Source of the DNA: an uncultured Bacilli bacterium
Lineage (GTDB): Bacteria; Bacillota_I; Bacilli_A; RF39; UBA660
Length of the DNA stretch: 64,000 bases
Direction of reading: 5' to 3'
Assembly: GCA_934096265.1 (NCBI GenBank)
Contig: CAKOLI010000001.1
Location: 210,896 to 274,895, forward strand
How positions within the stretch are numbered: the stretch's first letter is position 1; every line of letters begins with the position of its first letter. Under the pieces are notes generated by a model. It saw only the letters and a program-made list of their open reading frames with translations, was not told the origin of the DNA and ran no database searches. Of this stretch, positions 1-13,659 are shown in pieces. A program made the position numbers and the translations under genes.

Positions 1-8
1 TAGTTGTA

Positions 9-1160
9 TTGGTTGTTAGTTTGTTTTTGCCTAGATATTCTGTAGAGGCACAGACTCTTAATAGTATGTATAGTGAGCTTAAGAGGCTTAAGAAGGAGAG
101 AAATGAGATTAATAATCAGAAGAAGATGACTGAGAATGATATTAATAAGCTTAGTGATGAGATAGTTAATACTGGTACTTTGATAGAGCGTACTAGGGAG
201 GAGATTAAGAAGGCTTCTAGTGATATAGATGAGTCTTTATCTAAGATAGAGAGTAAGAAGGAAGAGTCTATGGAGCTTCTTAAGTTTTTGCAGTTATCTA
301 GTGGAGAGAATGTTTATTTAGATTATGTTTTATCTTCTACTGATTATACTGACTTTGTATATAGGTATTCGGTAGTTTCTCAGCTTGCTAATTATAATAA
401 TGCTTTGATAAGTGAGTTGGAGAGTTTGGTTAAGGATTTAGAGAATAAGAAGATTACTTTGAATAGTAAGGAAATGGAGCTTAATAGTAAGAAGGATGAG
501 TTAGCTAGTAAGCAGGCTATTTTAAATTCGCAGTTTAAGGAGATAAGAGAGGGTTATGTAGATATTAATGAGGAAATTGCTTCTTTGCAAAAGAGTATTA
601 GTTATTATGAGAAGTTAGGTTGTAAGGGTTATCAAGATGTTTCTACTTGTACATCTTTACCTTATGCGGATGGGTTTAAGTATCCTCTTAAGTCTGGATA
701 TATTTCTAGTGGTTATGGGAAGAGGACTTATTGGCTTAGGGGTAGGTTAGTTAGCGATTATCATTATGGTTTTGATATGGCGGGTAATGCTGAGGGGACT
801 TATGTTTATGCTGCTGCACCTGGTAAGGTTATTGATGTTAAGTATAAGAGTACTTGCGGTGGTAATCAGGTGTTTATAGCTCATAGGGTTAATGGTAAGA
901 ATTATACTACTACGTATGCTCATATGTTGTCTATTAGTGTGGAGAAAAATCAGGTGGTAACGGCGGAGACGGTTATTGGTAAGGTAGGAGGTTATTCTAC
1001 GTCTTATCAGCATGGTGGATATGATTATTGTACTACTGGAGCACATCTTCATTTTGGTATTGCGGATGGTCATCGTAGTACGTCATTTAGTGCTAATTCT
1101 TTTTCTCCACGGAGTATATTTCCTAAGATAAATTATGGTCTTAGTTTTAGTTATAGATAG
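9..1160 (+). CDS. M23 family peptidase with N-terminal coiled-coil (PcsB/EnvC-like); 5' end lies outside the window
   Basis: The ORF runs off the window start. N-terminal half is heptad-rich (E/K/L). C-terminal has the M23/LytM signature (HxxxD ...GGNQV...HLHFG). Confidence 0.7.
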   Translation: MVVSLFLPRYSVEAQTLNSMYSELKRLKKERNEINNQKKMTENDINKLSDEIVNTGTLIERTREEIKKASSDIDESLSKIESKKEESMELLKFLQLSSGENVYLDYVLSSTDYTDFVYRYSVVSQLANYNNALISELESLVKDLENKKITLNSKEMELNSKKDELASKQAILNSQFKEIREGYVDINEEIASLQKSISYYEKLGCKGYQDVSTCTSLPYADGFKYPLKSGYISSGYGKRTYWLRGRLVSDYHYGFDMAGNAEGTYVYAAAPGKVIDVKYKSTCGGNQVFIAHRVNGKNYTTTYAHMLSISVEKNQVVTAETVIGKVGGYSTSYQHGGYDYCTTGAHLHFGIADGHRSTSFSANSFSPRSIFPKINYGLSFSYR

Positions 1161-1264
1161 TGTTTAAAAGTTATAGGGTTTCTTATAACTTTTTTGTATA
1201 ATTTTGTTAAAAAAGTGATGAAATGTAGATAAAGTATGTTATAATTTATATAGAAGGTGATAGG

Positions 1265-2461
1265 ATGTTTAGAGAAGTTATAAGAGTGTTTTCTCATTTT
1301 GTTTGTGTATTTTTGTGTATGTTTATGTTTGTTTCTTTGGTAGATGCTCAAACTCTTAATGATATGTATAATGAGCTTAGTGAGCTTAAGAGGGAGCAGG
1401 CTTCTATATCTTCTAAGAAACAGCTTACGGAAGGTGAGATAAATTCTTTAAATAATTCTATGATTGCGGCTAGTAATGAGATAGATAGGACAAGAAGTGA
1501 GGTGGAAAAAGCTAGTTTAGAGATTAAGAATAGTGAAGCAAAGATAGAAAGCAAGAAGGAGGAATCTAAGGAGCTTCTTAAGTTTTTGCAATTATCTACG
1601 GGAGAGAATGTTTATTTGGATTATGTGCTTGCTTCAGAGGATTATACTGATTTTGTATATAGATATTCTGTAGTTATGCAGCTTACTAGTTATAATGATT
1701 CTATGGTCTCTGAGTTAGAGAAGTTGATTAGTGATTTGGAAAGTAAGAAGTTGGAACTTGCTAAGAAGGAAAAGGAGTTACAAGTTAAGAGGAGTGAGCT
1801 TGCTAAGAAGAAGAGTTCTTTAAATGTTTCTTTATCAGAGATTAGAGAAGGGTATGTAGATATTAATGAGGAGATAGCTGCGTTAAATAAGAGTATTAGT
1901 TATTATGAGAAATTAGGCTGTAAGAGGAATCAAGATGTTTCTAAGTGTAGTGCTCTACCTTATGCAGATGGGTTTAAGTATCCTCTTAAGTCAGGTCGTA
2001 TTTCTAGTGGCTGGGGATGGAGAACGTATATTTTGAATGGTAGAAGTGTAACGGATTATCATTATGGTTATGATTTTGCGGGTGTTAATGAAGGGACTTT
2101 TGTTTATGCGGTGGCACCTGGTAAGGTTATTGCTATTACGTATGCAAGTAAGTGTGGTGGTAATCAGGTGTCTATTGCACATAATGTTAATGGTAAGAAT
2201 TATACTTCTAAGTATGTTCATTTGTTATCTATAGATGTTTCTTATGGACAGGTTGTTAGTGACACTACGGTTATTGGTAAGGTGGGAGGTTATTCAACTT
2301 CTATAAGGCATGGGGGATATGATAGGTGTACTACGGGTACGCATCTTCATTTTGGTATTGCAGATGGTCATCGTAGTTCTGGGTTTGATGCCTATGCGTT
2401 TAATCCTATGAATATTTTTCCAAAGTTAACAGGACGTGGCAGTTCATTTAGTGCAAGATAG
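1265..2461 (+). CDS. M23 family peptidase with coiled-coil, tandem paralog of the upstream gene
   Basis: RBS GAAGGTGATAGG-ATG. Signal peptide, coiled-coil, then an M23 domain about 60% identical to the 9..1160 product (YHYGYDFAG...THLHFGIADGHRS). Confidence 0.75.
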   Translation: MFREVIRVFSHFVCVFLCMFMFVSLVDAQTLNDMYNELSELKREQASISSKKQLTEGEINSLNNSMIAASNEIDRTRSEVEKASLEIKNSEAKIESKKEESKELLKFLQLSTGENVYLDYVLASEDYTDFVYRYSVVMQLTSYNDSMVSELEKLISDLESKKLELAKKEKELQVKRSELAKKKSSLNVSLSEIREGYVDINEEIAALNKSISYYEKLGCKRNQDVSKCSALPYADGFKYPLKSGRISSGWGWRTYILNGRSVTDYHYGYDFAGVNEGTFVYAVAPGKVIAITYASKCGGNQVSIAHNVNGKNYTSKYVHLLSIDVSYGQVVSDTTVIGKVGGYSTSIRHGGYDRCTTGTHLHFGIADGHRSSGFDAYAFNPMNIFPKLTGRGSSFSAR

Positions 2462-2505
2462 GTAGGATATGCCTATCTTGTTTTGTAAGGAAGCTGGTGT
2501 TTAAG

Positions 2506-6790
<4,285 letters not shown>

Positions 6791-6810
6791 TTTAGAAGAG
6801 GGTAGATGAG

Positions 6811-6839
6811 TTGACATAGGGTTTTCCTTTTGGTATTAT
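6811..6839 (+). promoter_or_regulatory. sigma-A type promoter for recD2 (TTGACA, 17 nt spacer, TATTAT)
   Basis: -35 element at 6811-6816 and -10 element at 6834-6839, read directly. Confidence 0.45.
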
Positions 6840-6857
6840 AAGGTATGTTGTAAGAAG

Positions 6858-9074
6858 GTGTATGGTATGAAGATATACATTAAGGGAACTATTAGTACTA
6901 TTATATATAATAATGAGTCAAATGGTTATACTGTTGGGATATTTAGAATTAAAGAGACTAATAGTGATGATCCTTCCGTAAAGGGGAGTATTAGTTTTGT
7001 TGGGATATTTCATGAGTTAAGAGAGAAGACTAATTATATATTTTATGGAAATACTAAGGTTCATCCTAAGTATGGGTTTCAATTTGAAGTAAATGAATAT
7101 GAGGTGGTAAAGCCTTCGGAGAAAGAAGAGATTATTTCTTTTTTATCTAGTGAACTTTTTCCTATAGGAGAGAAAACTGCAGAGGCAATATATAAAAAGC
7201 TTGGTGATAATGCTATTTCTAAGATACTTGATGATAAGAATGTGCTTGTTTCAATACCTAGATTAAAGGAGGGTAAGATAAATAAAATTTATGAGATACT
7301 TAAGGAGTATCAAGATAGTAATACTATAATTATAAAGATGACTGAGCTTGGCTTTACTTTGAGGCAGGCACTTTCTATATATGCTAAATATAAAAATAGT
7401 ACGTTAGATATTATTAATGATAATATATATTTGTTACTTGATAGTTTTGATATACCTTTTATTACTATAGATGATATTGCTTTAAATATGGGGATTGGTA
7501 GTGATGATGAGAGAAGGTTGCTTGCTTTAATTATATATATTATTTCTAATATTTGTTTTAGTATAGGGAGTACTTATGTTATGTATGATGAGGTTATGCA
7601 TGAATTAAATAAATATGTAGATAATATTAGTGATGATGAGGTAGAGTATTTGTTTATTAAGTTAACTAGGTTAGGGAAACTTAAGATAGAAAATGGAAGG
7701 TATTATCTTGCTTCTTTTTATAATGCTGAGCATTATATTGCTAAGAGAATATATGAGATTAATAATGAAGATAAGGCTTATGATGTTAAGAAGATAGAGG
7801 GCTATATTAAGAAGTTAGAGAGTGATATTGGTATTAAGTATGATGATAAGCAAAAGGATGCAATACTTACTTCTATTATGAATAATTTTACGGTTATTAC
7901 TGGTGGGCCTGGTACTGGGAAGACTACTATTATTAAGTGTATTGTTAGTATTTTGAAGGATGTTTTAAAGGTAAGAGAGGAAGACATTGCACTGCTTTCT
8001 CCTACTGGGAGAGCTTCTAAGAGGATGAGTGAATCTGTTTTGATGCCTTGTTGTACTATTCATAGGTATTTGAAGTGGGATATGGATAGTAACTCTTTTA
8101 GTGTTAATGAGTATAATCCTAGTAGAGAGAGTTATATTATTGTAGATGAGGTTAGTATGGTAGATACTCTTCTTATGGAGAGTTTGTTAAAGGGTTTAAA
8201 AAGGGATGTTAAGATAATATTAGTAGGAGATTATAATCAGCTTCCTAGTGTTAGGGAAGGTCAGGTTTTGAAAGATATTATTGATAGTGGTGTTGTTAAT
8301 GTTATTACTTTAAATTCTTTATATAGGCAGAATGAGAATTCTTATATTGTAGAACTTGCTTATTCTGTTAAGAATAGGGATATTAGTGATGATTTTGCTT
8401 TAAAGAAGGATGATTATAATTTTATAGAGGTAAGTAGTAAGGATGTTAATGATGTTATTGTTAAGTTAGCTTCTTTAGCAATAGAAAAGGGTTATGATGA
8501 TAGTAGGATACAGATACTAGCTCCTATGTATAAGGGAGAATGTGGGATAGATGTTTTGAATGCTTCACTTATGGAGTTGTTTAATCCTCCTAGTTATAGT
8601 AAGAAGGAGATAAGGATAGGAGATATTACTTATCGTGTTGGTGATAAGGTGTTACAGCTTGTTAATGATACTGAGGATAATGTTTATAATGGAGATATTG
8701 GTTATGTTGTTGATATTGTTTCTTCTAAGCATTCTTCTTCTAAGAAAAATGAGATACATGTTGATTTTTATGGTAATACGGTAGTGTATACGCCTTCTAA
8801 GTTTGTTAATATTACGCATGGGTATGCGATTAGTATTCATAAGTCACAGGGTAGTGAGTTTGACATGGTTATTATGCCCATTGTTAAATCTTTTAAGAGG
8901 ATGTTATATAATAAGCTTATATATACTGGTATTACTAGAGCTAAGAAGTCTTTGATATTGGTAGGAGATAAGAGTAGTTTTTTGTATGGTGTTAATAATA
9001 ATATTTTTTCTAGTAGGAGGACTTCTTTAGTGGATTTGTTAGTTAATATGTATAGTAATAAGAAAAGTGGTTAG
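6858..9074 (+). CDS. recD2: RecD2-type (RecD/TraA family) ATP-dependent DNA helicase
   Basis: Walker A GGPGTGKTT, helicase motifs (IIVDEVSMVD), C-terminal SH3-like domain. Upstream sigma-A promoter TTGACA-17-TATTAT. Confidence 0.8.
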   Translation: MYGMKIYIKGTISTIIYNNESNGYTVGIFRIKETNSDDPSVKGSISFVGIFHELREKTNYIFYGNTKVHPKYGFQFEVNEYEVVKPSEKEEIISFLSSELFPIGEKTAEAIYKKLGDNAISKILDDKNVLVSIPRLKEGKINKIYEILKEYQDSNTIIIKMTELGFTLRQALSIYAKYKNSTLDIINDNIYLLLDSFDIPFITIDDIALNMGIGSDDERRLLALIIYIISNICFSIGSTYVMYDEVMHELNKYVDNISDDEVEYLFIKLTRLGKLKIENGRYYLASFYNAEHYIAKRIYEINNEDKAYDVKKIEGYIKKLESDIGIKYDDKQKDAILTSIMNNFTVITGGPGTGKTTIIKCIVSILKDVLKVREEDIALLSPTGRASKRMSESVLMPCCTIHRYLKWDMDSNSFSVNEYNPSRESYIIVDEVSMVDTLLMESLLKGLKRDVKIILVGDYNQLPSVREGQVLKDIIDSGVVNVITLNSLYRQNENSYIVELAYSVKNRDISDDFALKKDDYNFIEVSSKDVNDVIVKLASLAIEKGYDDSRIQILAPMYKGECGIDVLNASLMELFNPPSYSKKEIRIGDITYRVGDKVLQLVNDTEDNVYNGDIGYVVDIVSSKHSSSKKNEIHVDFYGNTVVYTPSKFVNITHGYAISIHKSQGSEFDMVIMPIVKSFKRMLYNKLIYTGITRAKKSLILVGDKSSFLYGVNNNIFSSRRTSLVDLLVNMYSNKKSG

Positions 9075-9127
9075 AATATTTAATGGTACTAAAGTACCCA
9101 TCTTATTTTTTAGGTAGGAGTGATTTT

Positions 9128-9274
9128 ATGAAAAAGGGTATGTGTCTTGTGCTTACTACAGGTATGGGGATACTTCTTTATACGCAGATTAAGAATGGTA
9201 ATATGAAGAAGTTAATTGAGAAGTGTAAGAATACAGAGTTAAAAGTAGTAAGTGAACTAGAAAATATGATGTAA
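9128..9274 (+). CDS. small hypothetical membrane peptide (48 aa)
   Basis: RBS TAGGAGTGA, then ATG and a hydrophobic core (MCLVLTTGMGILLY). No recognisable homology. Confidence 0.25.
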   Translation: MKKGMCLVLTTGMGILLYTQIKNGNMKKLIEKCKNTELKVVSELENMM

Positions 9275-9412
9275 TAAATAAGAGTCCTTTTTGGGGCTTT
9301 TATTTATTTTTTTATTTAAAATATTGCTAAATTTGTTTAATTATGATATTATTTATATATAGAGTAGCAAGAGTAGTTTTTGTGTACGTATTTAGAGAGG
9401 ATTATGGTATTT

Positions 9413-11779
9413 ATGAAGAAGATTATATATATTGTAGGTGTTCTTGTTTTGAGTTTATTATTTTTAACTTTATATTCAACATATGCTATATTTACAACTT
9501 CTGTTTCTAGTAATACAGCGTTGAACTTGGATACGTCTTTAAATTATGATTTTGGAGTTAGTGGAGTTAAGAGGTTTACTTTAGATGCACAGACGGTTAT
9601 TAGTTTTAATATGATTATTAAGAATAATACTAGTAGTAATTTGAATTATGGTATTTATTATAGTTATGTTAGTGGTAGTGATGGTATAGTGGGAGAGGTT
9701 GTTAGTGATGCAAGTGCTGTTACTACTAGTAGTAATGCTAGTGGAGTTATAAATACTTCTTCTAGTAAGAGTGTGCCAATAGCTATATATAATAATACTT
9801 CTAGTACTTTAGTTATTGATATTGGGCTTGTTACTTCTAGTGGAAGCTTGGTATATCCAGATAATTCTTATGTGGTTAATAAGACTATTGATGATGATGT
9901 TCTTGGTAGTGATGCTTGTACTAGTAAGATTAATTATAAGGAAGATGATTGTTATAGTGTTAGGGAGAATGGGTATGTTAATACTTATTGTAAGGTTTTA
10001 GCGGGGACTACTAAGGTTAATAATTTAGATAAGTCTTCTGCGAGTATGCCTGAGCTTATAGATGGGATGATACCTGTATATCATGATGGTACTAGTTGGA
10101 TTAAGGCTAATTATCTTAATGATACTACTGTTAATCAGTGGTATGATTATGATGCTAAGAAGTGGGCTAACGCGGTAACTATAGATAATAATTATGTATA
10201 TGATAAGTCTTTAAATAATAATAATGCTTTAGTTAGTAATGTAACAAGAAGTGGCGATGGGGCTAGTTTTAATGGAAGTAGTAATTATATACAAATTCCT
10301 ACTGATTTAGGAGTAACTTTGCCCGCTACATACACGGTTAGATTTAAGACAGCATCTACTAGTAATCAAATATTATACGGTGATTATACTACTAAAGCGG
10401 CACTTGGATTATATAATAGTAATAATCAATTGATTGTAATATTAGGAAGTAGTGCTACTAATATGTTTGATACTGGTGGTTTAACTTTAAATACTTTTTA
10501 TACAGTTACTGTAGTATATAATAGTTTAACTGATATTACTGTGTATTTAAATGGAACAGCACTTACTAAATCGTCTTCTTCAAATAATTGGTCATGGAGT
10601 GATACAAATTCATATATTGGTAAGAGAGCAGCAGGAACATATTTTTCTGGTACAATAAGTAATTTTGTAGTACATAATAAGGCAGTATCTTCAAGTGAAA
10701 TAGCTAGTTTGGCTAAGTTAGAAGTACCTAGTGATAATTTAAAATTAAATTATGATTTTACATCTTCTACTAGGGAACAATTTATGAAAAGTAATGCGGG
10801 TACGGTTATTCCTGGAAATTCAATTAATGCTTATTATGTATGGATACCAAGGTATAAGTATAAGTTGTTTAATGTAGATTCAAACGCAATGATTCCAATA
10901 GAAATACAAGTAGAATTTGAAAATAAATATGCAAGTGATTATGTTAAGTCTACTGGTAGTACTAATGATACTTGGCTTACACATCCTGCGTTTACTTTTG
11001 GTACTGATGAATTATCAGGTATATGGGTAGGTAAGTTTGAAACTAGTGGTACTGCATATGCTCCTACTATAAAACCTAATTTAAGTTCATTGACTAAGCA
11101 AACTGCACTAACTCAGTTTAATACATCAAAGGTATTTGGTACAAGTGCTTATTTAACAAATGATGGGGTAAGTGAAGCAGATGCCCATATGATGAAGAAT
11201 ACAGAGTGGGGAGCGGTAGCATACTTAAAACAAAGTAAATATGGATTAGGTACTACCGACATAGCAAATAATGCATATTATGAAAGTAATTATATGGCAG
11301 GATGTGGACCTGCGAGTGAAACAGATTTAACAAGTGAAACAACAACATGTACAAGTTATACAAGTACTGCAGGAATTAAAGCATCTACCACAGGTAATAT
11401 TACAGGTATATACGATATGGCAGGTGGAGCATCTGAAAATGTAATGGGAGTAGCAAAAACAGAAAATGGAACTTCTTTTGTATATTCTGAATCTGGTTTT
11501 ACTACAAGCACATTACCTTTAGGAAGTAAATATGTAGATGCATATACATACGGAACATCAATGAGTGATTATGCAAGAAGAATACTAGGAGATGCTACAG
11601 GAGAGGTTAGAGGTTTGTATGATGATAATGCGCATTTCGTCGACTCTGTCGAATCATGGTTCGTTCGTGGTGGCTACGGTTCTAATGGGTCTCGTGCGGG
11701 TGTGTTCCACTTCAATATGAGTGATGGGGAAGGCGGTCGCAACTATACTTTTCGTTCTGTACTTATAAAAAATAACTAG
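9413..11779 (+). CDS. Paralog A of the secreted/surface protein family. SipW-cognate-like signal, TasA/camelysin-like N-domain, inserted LamG-like (ConA-like lectin) domain, conserved C-terminal lectin-like domain.
   Basis: N-terminus MKKIIYIVGVLVLSLLFLTLYSTYAIFTTS resembles the TasA/CalY signal (GT-A/Y-A-Y/F-F-[ST]). The LamG_3 pattern is ASFNGSSNYIQIP...TVVYN...VYLNGTAL...IGKRAAGTYFSGTISNFVVHNKAVSSSEIASLA. The C-terminal 350 aa are shared with 11792..13576 and 49603..51414. Confidence 0.6.
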   Translation: MKKIIYIVGVLVLSLLFLTLYSTYAIFTTSVSSNTALNLDTSLNYDFGVSGVKRFTLDAQTVISFNMIIKNNTSSNLNYGIYYSYVSGSDGIVGEVVSDASAVTTSSNASGVINTSSSKSVPIAIYNNTSSTLVIDIGLVTSSGSLVYPDNSYVVNKTIDDDVLGSDACTSKINYKEDDCYSVRENGYVNTYCKVLAGTTKVNNLDKSSASMPELIDGMIPVYHDGTSWIKANYLNDTTVNQWYDYDAKKWANAVTIDNNYVYDKSLNNNNALVSNVTRSGDGASFNGSSNYIQIPTDLGVTLPATYTVRFKTASTSNQILYGDYTTKAALGLYNSNNQLIVILGSSATNMFDTGGLTLNTFYTVTVVYNSLTDITVYLNGTALTKSSSSNNWSWSDTNSYIGKRAAGTYFSGTISNFVVHNKAVSSSEIASLAKLEVPSDNLKLNYDFTSSTREQFMKSNAGTVIPGNSINAYYVWIPRYKYKLFNVDSNAMIPIEIQVEFENKYASDYVKSTGSTNDTWLTHPAFTFGTDELSGIWVGKFETSGTAYAPTIKPNLSSLTKQTALTQFNTSKVFGTSAYLTNDGVSEADAHMMKNTEWGAVAYLKQSKYGLGTTDIANNAYYESNYMAGCGPASETDLTSETTTCTSYTSTAGIKASTTGNITGIYDMAGGASENVMGVAKTENGTSFVYSESGFTTSTLPLGSKYVDAYTYGTSMSDYARRILGDATGEVRGLYDDNAHFVDSVESWFVRGGYGSNGSRAGVFHFNMSDGEGGRNYTFRSVLIKNN

Positions 11780-11791
11780 TGAGGTGGATTT

Positions 11792-13576
11792 ATGAAAAAG
11801 GCTTTTGTTTTAATAGGTGTTATTGTAAGTGGATTAATTGCATTATCTTTATATTCTACTTATGCTATGTATGTATCTGTAAGTAATGATATTAATATGT
11901 CTACTTCACTTAGTTATGAATTTAATATAGATAATCAATCTACTTTCAAAATTCCTGCGAATAAGGTATTACATTTTAATGCTATTATTAAAAATCCTTA
12001 TGATGCTTCTTTAAAATATGGTATATATCATACATATACTTCTTCAAATAGTAATGTTATTATAGGAGAAGTAGTTAGTGATAAGAGTAGTGTTACTGTA
12101 GCTCCATCTACTTCTGGAAGTATAGATGCTAATAAGACTATGACTATTCCTATCGCGGTTATAAATAAGACTTCTAGTGAAATTAGTGTTAGTTTTGGTG
12201 TTATATATGGATATATCAATAATGATATTACTTATAGTAGTAACCAAAAGTTAATTACTAGTACGGTAAATAATGAAGATGTATATAATGAAAGTTGTGT
12301 TAATAATTATCAATTTGATGAGAGTACTTGTACTGTTAAGTTAGAAAATGGTAATTTAAATAAGTATTGTAATGTTATGATTGGACAAGAGAAAATAAAA
12401 CCTAATGCTCCAGTCCTAGCAGAAGGCATGATACCAATTAAATGGGATGGTTCTAAGTGGGTTAAAGCAAGTAGTACAAATAGTAATAATGATTGGTATG
12501 ATTATGATACTAAGAAATGGGCAAATGCCGTGATGGTTAGAACAGATAAGGATTCTAATGTTTCTGATTCTAAGTCTAGGGAACAATATATGAGTGCTAT
12601 AGAAGGCACAAAAATATTAGAGAGTGATATATTAGCTTATTATGTATGGATACCAAGATATAGTTATCAGTTATTTAATGTAAATTCGGAAATAATGGAC
12701 CCAATAGAAATACAAGTAGGGTTTGAAAACAAGACAGATACTAAATCTACTGGAAGTACAAATGGTTCTTGGCTTACACATCCTGCGTTTACTTTTGGTA
12801 CTGAAGAGTTATCAGGTATATGGGTAGGCAAGTTTGAAACTAGTGGGACTGCAGATACGCCTACCGTAAAACCTAATCTAAGTTCATTGACAAAGCAAAA
12901 AATATCAACTCAGTTTGTAACAAGTCGAAAATTTGGGACATCAACTTATTTAAATGGTACTGCAGAAATTGATGCTCATATGATGAAGAATACAGAATGG
13001 GGAGCAGTAGCATACTTAAAGCAAAGTAAATATGGATTAGGTCTTACTGATATAGGTAATAATGCATATTTAGCAGATGCCGAGCCATATTATATGGCAG
13101 GATGTGGTCCTTTAAGTGAAACAGATTTAACTGGATATGGTGCTACATGTACAAGCTATATGAGTACAGCAGGAGTAATGTCATCCACAACTGGCAATGT
13201 ATACGGAGTATATGATATGGCAGGAGGAGCATATGAAGATGTAATGGGAGCAATGAAAAATAGTAATGGAACGGGTTTTATATATTCATCTTCTGGATTT
13301 ACTGCAAGTACACTCCCTTTAGGAAGTAAATATATAGATGCATATACATATGGAATATCACAGAGTGATTATACAAGAAGAATATTAGGAGATGCAACAG
13401 GAGAAGTTAGATATTGGTATAAGGATAATTGTAATTTTGTTTCTAATAGTACCTCATGGTTCGAACGTGGAGGCAATACTAAAGGTGGTGTTGGCGCAGG
13501 TGTATTCTACTTTGTCCTATACCCTGGTCTTGCCAACGTTGCCCATTCTTTCCGTTCTGTTTTAACACCTCAATAA
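11792..13576 (+). CDS. Paralog B. Same signal type, TasA-like N-domain and conserved C-terminal domain; no LamG insert.
   Basis: N-terminus MKKAFVLIGVIVSGLIALSLYSTYAMYVSVSND. C-terminal block (WLTHPAFTFGTEELSGIWVGKFETSG...MMKNTEWGAVAYLKQSKYGLG...MAGCGP...FRSVL) about 80% identical to paralogs A and D. Confidence 0.6.
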   Translation: MKKAFVLIGVIVSGLIALSLYSTYAMYVSVSNDINMSTSLSYEFNIDNQSTFKIPANKVLHFNAIIKNPYDASLKYGIYHTYTSSNSNVIIGEVVSDKSSVTVAPSTSGSIDANKTMTIPIAVINKTSSEISVSFGVIYGYINNDITYSSNQKLITSTVNNEDVYNESCVNNYQFDESTCTVKLENGNLNKYCNVMIGQEKIKPNAPVLAEGMIPIKWDGSKWVKASSTNSNNDWYDYDTKKWANAVMVRTDKDSNVSDSKSREQYMSAIEGTKILESDILAYYVWIPRYSYQLFNVNSEIMDPIEIQVGFENKTDTKSTGSTNGSWLTHPAFTFGTEELSGIWVGKFETSGTADTPTVKPNLSSLTKQKISTQFVTSRKFGTSTYLNGTAEIDAHMMKNTEWGAVAYLKQSKYGLGLTDIGNNAYLADAEPYYMAGCGPLSETDLTGYGATCTSYMSTAGVMSSTTGNVYGVYDMAGGAYEDVMGAMKNSNGTGFIYSSSGFTASTLPLGSKYIDAYTYGISQSDYTRRILGDATGEVRYWYKDNCNFVSNSTSWFERGGNTKGGVGAGVFYFVLYPGLANVAHSFRSVLTPQ

Positions 13577-13620
13577 GGATTTGTTTAAAATAATATATAT
13601 TTAACTTAAGAATATAATTA

Positions 13621-13657
13621 ATCCATGGGATTTGATAAGTGTCTCATGGATTTTTTT
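13621..13657 (+). terminator. Rho-independent terminator after paralog B
   Basis: Stem ATCCATGGGA / TCTCATGGAT with an 11-nt loop, followed by TTTTTTT. Confidence 0.5.
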
Positions 13658-13659
13658 AA

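Noticed and set aside
747-1073. Many 60-150-aa ORFs antisense or internal to long genes, such as 747..1073, 1991..2221, 3817..4014, 7802..7987, 12028..12247 and 54242..54670
   Set aside because: They lie inside well-supported long genes on the opposite strand or frame. Their low-complexity I/N/R-rich translations are typical of AT-rich shadow ORFs, and none has an RBS.
9-2461. The tandem M23 peptidases as phage endolysins or part of a prophage
   Set aside because: There are no adjacent phage genes. The long N-terminal coiled-coil plus C-terminal M23 architecture is that of PcsB/EnvC-type division hydrolases.
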